Source: a virus. From it: a DNA stretch of 64,000 nt. The stretch covers positions 6,933-70,932 of IMG/VR virus record IMGVR_UViG_3300025276_000030. One strand, written 5' to 3'. Under the pieces are notes generated by a model that saw only the letters and a list, made by a program, of their open reading frames with translations, searched no databases and was not told the DNA's origin. A program made the translations under genes and the position numbers. Below, piece by piece: positions 1 through 11,100 of the stretch (the first letter of the stretch is position 1; each line of letters begins with the position of its first letter).

Positions 1-2
1 TT

Positions 3-878
3 CTCTACTACCTTACCATTAGGTAGTTTTCTATTACCGAATGTGATTTTATCTACAGGTATGTCTGCGTATACTCTGCATTCTTTAACCTGCTTAGTGT
101 ACCTACCTTTTTCACGTTTACTGTACTTATAATCAAAGTCTTCTTTAGTACTGCTCCTTAATGATTCTCCATCGTTACCTATTGTTCGTATAGTATCCAG
201 TAACCTTTGTGTTACTGCCTGTGTTACAGGTCCAGAATTCTGTATAATCATTGAATACGTAGGTGAATACACCTTTAAATCAAGACTCTCTAAAAGTACA
301 TCTGCAGGAAATTTAATAGGGAGTGCTTGTTCCATAATCTTTGTAGCTCCTTTCCTACTTACCTGGTAAGCGTGTGCTCCGTAATAGTCAATATTCAGTT
401 CAGTATGGTTAAGGAATTCTGAGTATTTACCGGTATGTGCTATTTCTTTTTCATCCGCATGGTTTGAACGTCCCCAGTATATTATATCGTAGTCTGATTT
501 TTTTACATCTTTAGTAATATTTAAAAGCTCCTTATTGTATATATACTTGTAAAACTTTTTAGTAAAACGGGCATCATCCTCTAATATTAAACACGATTCA
601 TAGTCAGAGGATAAAAAAGTGTTATATGCTTTTTGATGAGTTAAAGCAGTAGCTATGATATTCTTTGTTAAGAGTCCTACTGGATCTGTAAATACAGGGA
701 ATAGTGTCTTACTCTGAATCATATCAGCGATTGATGGAAGGACATCTCCAGTTACTGCTTTAATAACTTTAAAGTTTAGTCCCGGTATAAATTCTAATTC
801 TTTTAGCAGTGACTCTTTTCGTTCTATATCCTGAGTTCTGTTTAATATGTATATAATGTCTACTCCTAAGTTTTTCAT
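3..878 (-). CDS. Glycosyltransferase family 25-like protein (runs off the left edge; not in the ORF track)
   Basis: Manual translation from ATG at 878 (ATGA overlap with the upstream stop): MKNLGVDIIYILNRTQDIERKESL...ALTHQKAY...CLILEDDARF...YGAHAYQVSRKGATKI...PADVLL, the typical GT25 motif order. Confidence 0.85.
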   Translation of the reverse strand, partial: MKNLGVDIIYILNRTQDIERKESLLKELEFIPGLNFKVIKAVTGDVLPSIADMIQSKTLFPVFTDPVGLLTKNIIATALTHQKAYNTFLSSDYESCLILEDDARFTKKFYKYIYNKELLNITKDVKKSDYDIIYWGRSNHADEKEIAHTGKYSEFLNHTELNIDYYGAHAYQVSRKGATKIMEQALPIKFPADVLLESLDLKVYSPTYSMIIQNSGPVTQAVTQRLLDTIRTIGNDGESLRSSTKEDFDYKYSKREKGRYTKQVKECRVYADIPVDKITFGNRKLPNGKVVE

Positions 879-1765
879 CTACTAATAATATGTTTATTAA
901 GTTTGCTTTCTAAATACTCTATGCTCATTAATCTAGATGCTTTAATACATCGGTAGAGGTACGATATGGATTGATTATAATTCCAACCCTCTCTGTTATC
1001 TAATATACTCCTCTTTTCGACGCCGTAATGTTTATAAGATAAGAAACTTTCTTCTAACTCCCAAATGCCATTGTTATTTTTTTCATTTAAAAATTTAATT
1101 TTTTCACAAGAGTAGATATTTTTGTTAAGAGTTTGATGTTGTACCTTATCCTGTATTAACATCTCTTTTAATTGGTATTGTTCACAAGCAGTTAAGTACC
1201 CTGTATTTACATTGTTGCCTAGGAGTGCTGTGAACTCTGTTAAGTTTCTAATTACTTGAGTACCGTATTCTGCAGCAAATGCTGGATCAGGTAAATATAA
1301 AAAGCTAACATTAGCTGCTTTATCTTGTAAGAACTTGATTGGTTGTGTAAGTTTCTTATTGTATACGTCTTCTGAATGTATATACCAAGAACTCATATCT
1401 TCATCGTAGCTATATACTACGCTTTCTTTTAAATGTTCGTCTATATTCTTAAAAATTAAAAAATCATGGTCCATCATAACCATAGGTTCTGTAGTTTGTG
1501 ATATAACTTTTGGTTTACATCCTGCCCAGAGAACTTCTCTATTGATATTATCGTTATAACGTAAAGGTTTAACTTCATGCCATAAGTATAAAATCTCTAA
1601 CTTTGAAAATTTGTCATAGGTTAAATTATCTACATATAGAATCGTATTATGTTCTGGATGATACTTTCTCCAGAGGGATACTGATGCTATTAATAATGTG
1701 ATGTTTAATTTACTGTAGAATGTATCATAACCGGTTACATTTTCATATACCCATTTTACCTGCAT
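875..1765 (-). CDS. Putative GT-A-fold glycosyltransferase-like protein
   Basis: SVSLWRKYH...ILYVD...WAGCK...MMDHDFLIFK (DxD motif); next to GT25; same layout as 62246..63274. Confidence 0.55.
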   Translation of the reverse strand: MQVKWVYENVTGYDTFYSKLNITLLIASVSLWRKYHPEHNTILYVDNLTYDKFSKLEILYLWHEVKPLRYNDNINREVLWAGCKPKVISQTTEPMVMMDHDFLIFKNIDEHLKESVVYSYDEDMSSWYIHSEDVYNKKLTQPIKFLQDKAANVSFLYLPDPAFAAEYGTQVIRNLTEFTALLGNNVNTGYLTACEQYQLKEMLIQDKVQHQTLNKNIYSCEKIKFLNEKNNNGIWELEESFLSYKHYGVEKRSILDNREGWNYNQSISYLYRCIKASRLMSIEYLESKLNKHIISR

Positions 1766-1774
1766 ACTTTATTT

Positions 1775-2323
1775 TTATATTTCTAATATACTACCTGAAG
1801 GGATTTGTTCTGCTATAGAGTTTTTAAGATGTTCATAGCATTGAGATAATATACTCCCTGATCTGGATAGATCTAATGGATGTCTTTCTTCTATTGATTG
1901 ACTAATTACACTAAACTCTTGCCATTTCATTATTTCTTGAGTAACTATTTCATTCCCGTCGTCGTCAAAATCTGTTACTTCGATTGATGCTGATTGCAGT
2001 GCTATTCCGTAATGGTCTACTGATACATTTTGTAAAGCACCAGATAAGGGTAGAACCATAATATCGTTTAATTCAAAATCAGAACTAAAACTCCCAGATT
2101 CAAAACTCATACTCGTATGGGGAATTGGCAGCATAGAAGTTGGTAGATCATCTCCGAAGTACCTAATACGTGAAATATCAGCTTCAGTCTCATTCTTAAA
2201 CAACATAGGGTTGTATTCAACTAACCCGGCATACGGCATATACTTAATATACTCTATTCTTATGTAAGAGCTAGTTGTTGCTCCTGCTAATGTACTAAGT
2301 GTTCCGTCTAGTGTTATTGCCAT
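1775..2323 (-). CDS. Hypothetical, probably tail-associated protein
   Basis: 182-aa ORF with repeated SGS/SAS motifs, preceded by the TATTTATA motif. Confidence 0.6.
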   Translation of the reverse strand: MAITLDGTLSTLAGATTSSYIRIEYIKYMPYAGLVEYNPMLFKNETEADISRIRYFGDDLPTSMLPIPHTSMSFESGSFSSDFELNDIMVLPLSGALQNVSVDHYGIALQSASIEVTDFDDDGNEIVTQEIMKWQEFSVISQSIEERHPLDLSRSGSILSQCYEHLKNSIAEQIPSGSILEI

Positions 2324-2337
2324 TGTCTGTTATTTTA

Positions 2338-2370
2338 TATAAATATAAGAAAAAATATTCTAAAAAGCAA
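2338..2370 (-). promoter_or_regulatory. Overlapping TTG-N20-TATATTTA promoter and TATTTATA motif
   Basis: Minus strand TTTGctttttagaatattttttctTATATTTATA; the same 20-nt spacing occurs at three other sites. Confidence 0.55.
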
Positions 2371-2381
2371 ATCTAGCTACA

Positions 2382-2975
2382 TTATATTCCGAATCTTGAT
2401 TTTTGTGCATTATAATTTTGTAATGATTCTGCTGCAGTAAGAGTTCTATTGTATATTTGAATTATTGCAATATCTCCACTTCCAAATGTATAACTACCAT
2501 ATTGATTAAATTTACTAGAATCTGTCTGATTCATGTTTACATTTTTAAATTCTAACATTATCCATGCACCTGTTCTTATAAAATCATATAGGTTTGCTCT
2601 TGAAACAGTATTCATAAATATAGTAGGTGAACCATATTGACTGCAATAAAATTTATTACCTACTCTATATGCTCCTAAATAATTTTGGCTATTATCGTCA
2701 CTCCAAAAAAGAGCTTGTTCATCAGTTGTTCTAATCCAAAATACAAACGTACACGTTGTTGCACTTGTAATGTTATTAGTGTTACTCATACCTCCGTTAG
2801 CCATATCAAACCATCCGCCTGCATTATGTGTAAGCCCTGATGAATCTATAGTCATATCATGACTGTTTACACTTAAATCTGACCAAGTTGATCCTGAGCC
2901 AGGATATGATCTAGTGCTAGCTGCATCTAAGGATAATACTAATCCATCTGTTACTATGTGTGGCCCTGTATACAT
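2382..2975 (-). CDS. LamG/concanavalin A-like domain virion protein
   Basis: GPHIVTDGLVLSLDAA...YPGSGSTWSDLS...IYNRTLTAAESLQNYNAQKSRF, the common phage LamG-protein signature. Confidence 0.8.
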   Translation of the reverse strand: MYTGPHIVTDGLVLSLDAASTRSYPGSGSTWSDLSVNSHDMTIDSSGLTHNAGGWFDMANGGMSNTNNITSATTCTFVFWIRTTDEQALFWSDDNSQNYLGAYRVGNKFYCSQYGSPTIFMNTVSRANLYDFIRTGAWIMLEFKNVNMNQTDSSKFNQYGSYTFGSGDIAIIQIYNRTLTAAESLQNYNAQKSRFGI

Positions 2976-4156
2976 TATGTTCTAGTTTTATATGCGTTAT
3001 AGTTTCTTTTTACTTCTGAGCTTGTTAGCCCTCTGTTGTAGATTTTAAATAAAGATATATTACCGTATAAACCATACCCTCCGGTATTAAATGATCCAAT
3101 GTATAATGTACCTTCATCGGTTATATTGTAACCTGTGGTTGTTCCAGTCATTGTACCTGCTACTCCGTTTATATATATTTGTAATGTACCGTTAGTATAT
3201 GTAGCTACTATATGGTTATATTTATTCTGTATTAATGGAGTGGTTGTACCTACTCCCCCTCCGTGCATATATACATTATATCCATTACTATTTAAATAAG
3301 CATCTAATGAAGTAGTATTATTAACAACACACCAGAGTCTATTATTCCCAGAAGAAGCGGTTGGTTTAAGTACCATCTCTACAGAACCGTTTTGACCGAA
3401 TGCGGTGTTGCTTGAACCAGCTATAGTAAAGTAGTCGTCTGTACCGTCATATATAAATGCTCCTGATTTACCCTCTAATGGAAGGTGTATATTCATTTTA
3501 GCATATGCACTACTTAAATTCTCTCTAAGATAATGTTGGGTGTGGGGTTTTCCTATTTTACCTAAAAGCACGTACTCTGGTCTTGCTACACCTATAGCAC
3601 TACTAGGAAGCCCAAGTGATTGTAGTATCGCTACTGTTGTGGAGTTATTAGTATTATTTTCTGCTGCATGTGAACCTACAATTACATGTAGAGCGTCTGG
3701 ATATTCTGAATTAATAGCATTAAAATCCGTTTGAAACTTTAAATGCTGGGTTGGTTCACCATCATAGGTATCGTAACAGTGACCTGATATTCTTTCTCCG
3801 TTAAAGTACGATGAAGCTAACCAAGTCTGTGAATTTTCTAGATACACAAAGTACCCTAAATCCCTGGACATATTATATACTTTACCGCTAGTAGTATCGT
3901 TATACCCTGATGTTATTCCTTGTCGGCTTGCAGGGGAGTAGCTACTTTCAGGGTAAGTTATTCCTATCATTGTAAATGGATTACCTCCTGTGGTAGTGGC
4001 CATCGTCCCTATGATATGTTCATTTCCAGTTACAAGGTCTCTAATAGTCCTATCTCCAGAAACATTAAAATTCCCAAATCCTCTTATATTAGAATATGGG
4101 TCAAGGGCAAATATTAATCCGGCTCTTACTATGTTCGGTCCTGTTACTGTACTCAT
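2975..4156 (-). CDS. LamG domain protein with inserted ILEI/PANDER-like domain
   Basis: N-terminal GPNIVRAGLIFALD; C-terminal YDGTDDY...HIVATY...YING...IYNRGLTSSEV; insert YDTYD...VIVGSHAA...LQSLG...RPEYVLLGKIG. Confidence 0.7.
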   Translation of the reverse strand: MSTVTGPNIVRAGLIFALDPYSNIRGFGNFNVSGDRTIRDLVTGNEHIIGTMATTTGGNPFTMIGITYPESSYSPASRQGITSGYNDTTSGKVYNMSRDLGYFVYLENSQTWLASSYFNGERISGHCYDTYDGEPTQHLKFQTDFNAINSEYPDALHVIVGSHAAENNTNNSTTVAILQSLGLPSSAIGVARPEYVLLGKIGKPHTQHYLRENLSSAYAKMNIHLPLEGKSGAFIYDGTDDYFTIAGSSNTAFGQNGSVEMVLKPTASSGNNRLWCVVNNTTSLDAYLNSNGYNVYMHGGGVGTTTPLIQNKYNHIVATYTNGTLQIYINGVAGTMTGTTTGYNITDEGTLYIGSFNTGGYGLYGNISLFKIYNRGLTSSEVKRNYNAYKTRT

Positions 4157-4371
4157 TAGTTTATATTTTTTTCTACTTCAATTATGTTCCAACAATCTAA
4201 AGCTATCATTTGAGCTTCGTACCCATCTAAAAAATCATCATCAAATGTGTCATCATAGTATTCATTGCCGCTATGCCATATTGTGTTACCGTGTAAATCC
4301 TCAACTCTACGAGTACAAACGTTACTGTCTATACTAAGTATTAGTTTCATTTCTTTTAATTGTGTAGCCAT
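4156..4371 (-). CDS. Hypothetical small acidic protein
   Basis: 71-aa ORF; its stop overlaps the next start (TAATG). Confidence 0.6.
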   Translation of the reverse strand: MATQLKEMKLILSIDSNVCTRRVEDLHGNTIWHSGNEYYDDTFDDDFLDGYEAQMIALDCWNIIEVEKNIN

Positions 4372-4377
4372 GATTTT

Positions 4378-5109
4378 TTATTTTATATAGATTGCTCCAT
4401 AAGCGTGATAATCTGTGGTTGAACTATTATAGTACGGCGCATCACTATACCCTCCTCCAGCAAAGTAGTTACCGGTCCAGCAAGATGAATACCACCAAGG
4501 GTTATTGTTATAGTAAGTTGAACAGTTTCCGCTGTTTGTATCTTGATCTTTATCAAATGTAGTTAAGTTGTTTTGACTAGTAGCATGAGAGTACAATCCT
4601 GGTGTAGTACCTCCTACCTGGTTTACTACATTTGCTGCTCCTTCAAAAGCGTATTCGCTGTTAAATCCGGTTGCTGTCCAAAAAGATCTTTTAGTATGTG
4701 AACTTGTAGCATTTAGTGTAACTATAGATCCTGCTACAAATTGAGTAATACTCATTACATTAGCCGTTTTTCTTCCAGCTAATTCTAGCCAATATCTACA
4801 CCCTACCCAGGCGTTGACATTAGTTAAACCCAAATTTTTTATTTGTCTTTTACCTGTTACTAGGGTGTTAGTAGCATCATCTGTTCCGTCCGTTCTATAG
4901 TTAACACTATTTACAGCATCTAGGTACTTAAGGTTATTCATACCGGAAGTATATCCCCTATTTGCTAGTACCATTATCCACCCTCCTCCATCGTAGTCTT
5001 GATCAACGTATACAATTACAGGACCATGAGTTGTTTGTATCTTGTAAAATCCGGATGGTCCTTTAATATCAGCTGCGCTGTTGTATACTGGTCCTCTGTG
5101 TATTCCCAT
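4378..5109 (-). CDS. Fibrinogen C-terminal (FReD)-like domain protein
   Basis: SGFYKI...VYVDQDYDGGGWIMV and TTFDKDQD...NCS...WWYSSC, both hallmark FReD segments. Confidence 0.8.
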   Translation of the reverse strand: MGIHRGPVYNSAADIKGPSGFYKIQTTHGPVIVYVDQDYDGGGWIMVLANRGYTSGMNNLKYLDAVNSVNYRTDGTDDATNTLVTGKRQIKNLGLTNVNAWVGCRYWLELAGRKTANVMSITQFVAGSIVTLNATSSHTKRSFWTATGFNSEYAFEGAANVVNQVGGTTPGLYSHATSQNNLTTFDKDQDTNSGNCSTYYNNNPWWYSSCWTGNYFAGGGYSDAPYYNSSTTDYHAYGAIYIK

Positions 5110-8100
5110 TATGCATTTTTTTGTAACTTATTAACAGTAGATTTTAACTCATCTATCTGTACTTGTTGTTCTTTCATTGCTTCAATAAGTACAGCAGTAA
5201 GTTTTTGATAGTCTACTGCTTTATAACCTGATTTTCTAGTTGTTACTAGTTCTGGTAATACTTCTTCAACTTCTTGTGCAATGACTCCTATGTCAGATCC
5301 TTCTTTATATTGGAATTTTGTATCTTGTTCTTCTTTAGTAAGCTTAATCCAATCAAAAGTAACTCCATTAAGTTTATTAATTTTTTCTAATGAGTTTTCT
5401 ATAGGTTTAATATTCTCTTTTAATCTACTATCAGATGATAAGAATGCTGTTATATCTCCTTCAGCTGATATAGCACCTCCTACTACAAGGTTTTGTGCAG
5501 TAGTTCTAGATGGTTCACCTATATAGTAAGTTCCAGCTGCGGTTCCTCCATCTAACATCATCGAACCGTAATATAGTCCAAACTTACCTGATCCGTAACT
5601 ATTTTGTACTGTATAACCTCCATTAGTCCACATACCGTTACCAATTGCAGAAGTTGTACTACCATTTTCTAGTATTAACATCTGATGTCCAAGTCCGGCT
5701 TTGGATTGTCCATTTATGTTTGTATGAGTAAACGCTAAACCATATAAATTACCAGAGCCTGAACCATCATCAGTAAGGTTGTATGCGGCACCCATTGACC
5801 AAATATGTTGATATCTTGTTGATGAATATAAACCATATACACCACGTCCGTAGTTGTTAGCTATTAATGCTTTTTGAGTACCCATTGTAAGAGTACCTGT
5901 GAATGAGTCGGCTGCATCTGATCTTAAGTAAGATGCTCCTTCAACACCATCTAATTTATCAGCATCTAATCCTGATGAAGCACCATCATTACGGTCAGAC
6001 CATTGTTTTGCCCATGCAGTAAAGGTTCCATCGTTATTTCCAGTTCCTCCTGAGTATGTTCTGGTAAAAAGATTCTCATTGTAGTACGACATTGATTGTT
6101 GAAAACCATGGTCGTTACCGTTATTACTATGTCTAACGTTTAGCATATTATGCCAGCTAGATCCGGGCATATTTGAAGCAGTGTCCGATTGATAGAAACC
6201 AGATGGTAGTGAGTTGTTAAAGTTACTAATGCCGGTAATTCGATTAACACCTGCTAATCCTGTTGAGGCTTGACTGTGAAAGTAGTTTGATGCTTGTCCT
6301 CCAAATGTAGTTGTTGTTGCTGCTGTTGAAGCATGAGAGGCACTTGTTGCTGTTGTTGCATTTCCTGATAATGCTCCAAAAAATGTTCCTGCTTGTACTG
6401 AAGCGTTATTAGTTGATCCATCTGAGTCGAAATGGAATCTATTAGCGCTATCAGTGAACCTAATAAAGTCGTCATTACCGAACCTTATTTTATTAGATGA
6501 ACCTACAACAGGAGTGTTTATTGTTGCTGTCCCGTCTATTCCTACTGATCCATCAAATGAAGATGTACCACTTGCATTTACACTAAATATAGGTATACCT
6601 GATATATCTGATATATTTAATAGGTCTCCGGTTAAGTCATCTGTTACAGAGAATAATTGTCCTTGAGAACCTTGAATATCTACTATTGTTGAACCAGATC
6701 CGTAAACATCTAGTTTAGCACTAGGACTGGATGTACCAATTCCTACATTACCTGTAGATCCTTCAAAAGTTACTTTAGCATTTGAAGGAGCGTGTATGTT
6801 TGTTGATTGAGCTTGCCAGTGAAAATTAAGACTACTACCTTTAGCTGGTCCATCTGGAGATATTGACCATACATTATATGCTGAAGTACTAGGTCCTTGT
6901 ACAAATACAAGACCATATTCTGGATGAGCAGCATCGTTATAGGTAGAGGCTAACATCATACCTGTTAAAGTACCATGATTACTTATACCTACTCTACCGT
7001 TGGTATACATACCGTTAGCTCCTGTAAACGTATTTGAACCTACTTGTAATTTATTAAAAGCACTAGCTATTCCAATACCAACATTTCGAGTTGACTTATC
7101 TACAAAGATTCCAGTCTGACCACCTGATTGTATTATTGTGTTTGTTCCAGATTCTCCACCAAAATACATTGCGCCAGAATTATATCCTGCGTTTCCTTTA
7201 GTAACTCCTTGAGCTTTAAAAACATTCATAGCACCATAAGAGGAGCTTGTTGTGTCAAAAATAGCTGTAGTTGGAACTGTAGATACTACATGTAATCTAG
7301 CACCAGGGGTGGCCGTACCAATACCAACTTTTCCGGTACTTTTAAGCACCATGTTTGTAACATGGAGAGGACCTGCTTTTGTGTAGAGGTGCAAATCTCC
7401 TGTTGCCCAGCCTCCGTTTACTCCAGCTGTTTTTTGTGCTGCTATTCCAGCGATTGATACAGTATTACCGGCACTTGGTGTTTCTCTGGTAGCAAAAGAT
7501 AATTTTGACCAAGTACTATCAGTACCGTTTATATTAAATATTGATAGTCCAAGTGTTGCTTGATCTATAGCTCCGGTTGCACTACTATCGTTTCTTATAA
7601 TTACTCTAGGTTCATGTAAATATGCGCTTGAACCATTTACATACCCATCATAAATCTGTTCACCGTTTCCAGTACTTGTATCAAGACCAACTTTAAGAGT
7701 AGTAGTTTGTGTACGACCATCGACACGTAGACGGTGATCATTTGATATAATACCTACTCCTAGGTTACCATTTTCAGAAAGTTCCATTTTAACGTTCGAC
7801 CAGTCTGCTGAACCAGATCTACTAGTGTACCAGTAATGAGAGTGATGTTCAGTAGCAACTGCTCCTATTGTTCTCCAGTGACCGGAATAGTAATGTAGAT
7901 CGTTACCGTATGATCTAAGCATTCCTCCATATGCACCTATAACTCCTAATTCTAAACTTGCATAGTTAGATGTACCACCAATTCGTAAAGCCATTTTACC
8001 ATTTGATCCACCGGTACCTATATTAATATTAAGAGGTCCTGCTGGTGCATTTGTTCCAATACCGACTTTTCCGGATTGTACAACCATTGTTGTGCCTCCG

Positions 8101-11100
8101 CTAATACCTAAATTTATATTTCCTTGGTATGAGGTAATAAGCATAGGGTGAGATGAGCCTGCTTCTATTCTAGCAGTAGCACTATCCCAGTACCCAATTG
8201 CCATATTTTCATTAGCTGTGCCTGTAGCTATTAAATATCTTCTGTTTGTTCTTATATCACCAATAACATCTAACTTTTCACCAGGAGCAACTGTTCCAAT
8301 ACCGACTTTACCGTCTCCTGTAATGTTCATTAGATTATCTGATCCCCAATGTCCAAAAGTTAATACGTTTGTATTACTAGCATCTGCTGCCCATTTATAC
8401 CCTATATAACCTGAGTTCTTGGTAGTTCCTGATTTTCCTACTACTAATATGTGGTTCTGATTTGCAGCGTTATTAGCTGCGAAAGCTTCTAACGAATGGA
8501 TGAATGTTGAAGAGCTTGGATTATCTATCGACAGTGTTGCAGCGTTAGCAAGACCGGTTGCAGTCATTGCTACTGGTAGTTCAAATTTACCACCTTTTCT
8601 TGCATCAGTAACATTATATACTGAAGTGCTTGCTAGATACCAGGTAAATGTACTAGATCCTCCAGATACGTAAACATGCCCTCCACCGTTAAATGTACCG
8701 CTGTCTCCACAATGTGAAACCCTAGCATACCACTCCCATTTACCTGTTCCTGCAGTATTTGTTAACCAGTAAGATGTATTATTACTTCCTTGAGCATTTT
8801 CTGCAATTACAAGAGATCTACCTGTACCTAGTTTAGCTTGAAATATCTGTACAAACGTTTGATTATCTTGTGATGGAATAGTGTTAATAAATCCTCCGTG
8901 ACCTGGTGAGGTAGCGGCACCGTTGTGTACTATTTTTAGGACAATTCCTGAACTGTTTGGTGCAGATGCTCCTAAAGTTGTACTGTCTGCTTCTCTAGTT
9001 ATTACTACTCCTGCTCCACCGGAATTATTATACACTCCAGTGCCGTTAGAACCTACACGAAACTCTTCATCTCCGTAGAGCCTACGTCCACTGTTTCTTA
9101 CTGAAGTTACAATTGGATTCCAAGGACCTCTTTCAGTAGAATTACTTGGTAAATCTAGTACCAGTTTGCCGTCTACTATTAAAGAACCTAAAGTTACAGC
9201 ATTTGCAGTTGCTGCAGTATTTGCAAAAATTGCGTGGGAAGCACTTGTTGCATTAGTCGCAGTTCCAGTTAAAGCTCCTGTGAAGGTAGTAGCAGTAAGA
9301 TTTCCAGCTGCAGTAAGAGTGGCTTTGATATTCCCATTTATAATAAAAGATAATGGATGATTACTCATTGTACCCACTTTACCAGCTGCGTGTCCGGTGT
9401 GAGAGTACATTGAGGTAATGATACCGTCACTAACAGACTTAACATCTAGTCTAGCGTGAGAAGATCCTGCTACATTTACTCTTCCGTTCCAACCTCCATC
9501 ATTACTAACACTAGCATACCCATTTCCAAATTCATTATATGAGTTAGAAAAAGAATTAACTCCAGATGCTAAGTTGTTTGATGCAAGTCTGAGAAATTCT
9601 GTTGAATCTAAATTGTCTAGTTTATCTGCATTAGTTGCTGTAGCTGCGTTACCGGTAATATTGCTATCAGTAAACGCTACAGTTTTCCAGACTTGAGTAG
9701 TATTAATTGCAGTATTAGCAAATTTTCTATAATACAAGTTTCCGTTAGAACTAAAACCTAATTGACTGTAATAATTACCTGGGTGCCTGCTTAGAGTAAG
9801 AATTGAATTTGCGTTATCGGTTGCTGCAAAAAGACCTGTTGTAGTTGAATTAAGAGCATATGGATAAGCTACTGTTCCATCACCACGTTGAGTTGTTATT
9901 CCACTACCATCATTTCGTAATAAAAATGCTCCAGTTGCATTACCAGTAAGCGCTCCTGTAAAAGTAGTTGCAGATACTCCAGCTGTAAATTGAGCAGATT
10001 GATTATTAGCTATAGTCAACGCTAAAGTTCCTCCTTGACCACCATGTGCTTCACCTGTCGTGGTACCGTTAGTATAGAACTTTATAGGATCTGTTGAGTT
10101 AATTCTCATGTTGTTATCACCTACACTTATAGAAGAAACTGTTCCGTCTGATTCACCTATTCGTATTGTAGCTACATCATTTGTTTCTATTACTACTGTA
10201 TCATATCTAATTTTTCCTATAGGACTTGCTCCTTTAGATATTCTTACTAGAGGTCCTAGATCTGCTCCTGTTGATCCGTTAGCTATTAAATCTTGAACAT
10301 GTAATTTAGCAGTTGGTACTGCTATACCCATTCCCACTAAACTTCCTGTGACTACAAGGGCGTTAGTATTATAATCACCCAATGTAACAGTTGAATCAGA
10401 TTCTACCTCTAGTAAAGGTGTACCCGATATGTCACTAACTGAGAATAAAGAACCTGATAGGGAATCTGTTATTGAGAATAATTGACCTTGAGATCCGTTA
10501 ACTTCAAAGACTGTAGAACCAGATCCATATACTTCTAATTTAGCTGATGGTGATATTGTTCCGATTCCTACATTTCCGGAAGAACCTTTAATTGTCATTC
10601 TAGTCTGCAGAGTCCCTGAACCGTTATTAGTGTTCTTAAAGTATATGTCACTATATACTCCGTTATTTCCTGCAAAGTGGTTAGCAATATCTAATGTAGC
10701 ATTACCTGTACTGTATAGGAATGTTCCTTTTAAAGTAGCATGTGTAAGATACTTTGCTTCGAAACCAATTTGCTGTCCATCAGCTGTTGAATTGGCAGAT
10801 ATTCTAGAATTAGCTCTGTGTACAGAAAGAGTTGAAGTTGGGGTAGTTGTACCTATCCCCATAAGTCCGCCTGCAGTTATCGTTACAGCATCTCCAGTAC
10901 TTCCGTTGGGTCTAAAGAAGATTCCTCTTCCTGTTGCACTTGCTAAGAATAAACCATCACCTGTGCTAGTGTGTCCAAAGACTCTATTAAATCCATTTGT
11001 TTTCCCACCAAATCCAACCATTCCATAACTTCCGCCGTAAGTCCCATCTTGATCTATATGTACAATTGCTCCAACATCTAAAAGAGATTGAGGACTACTC

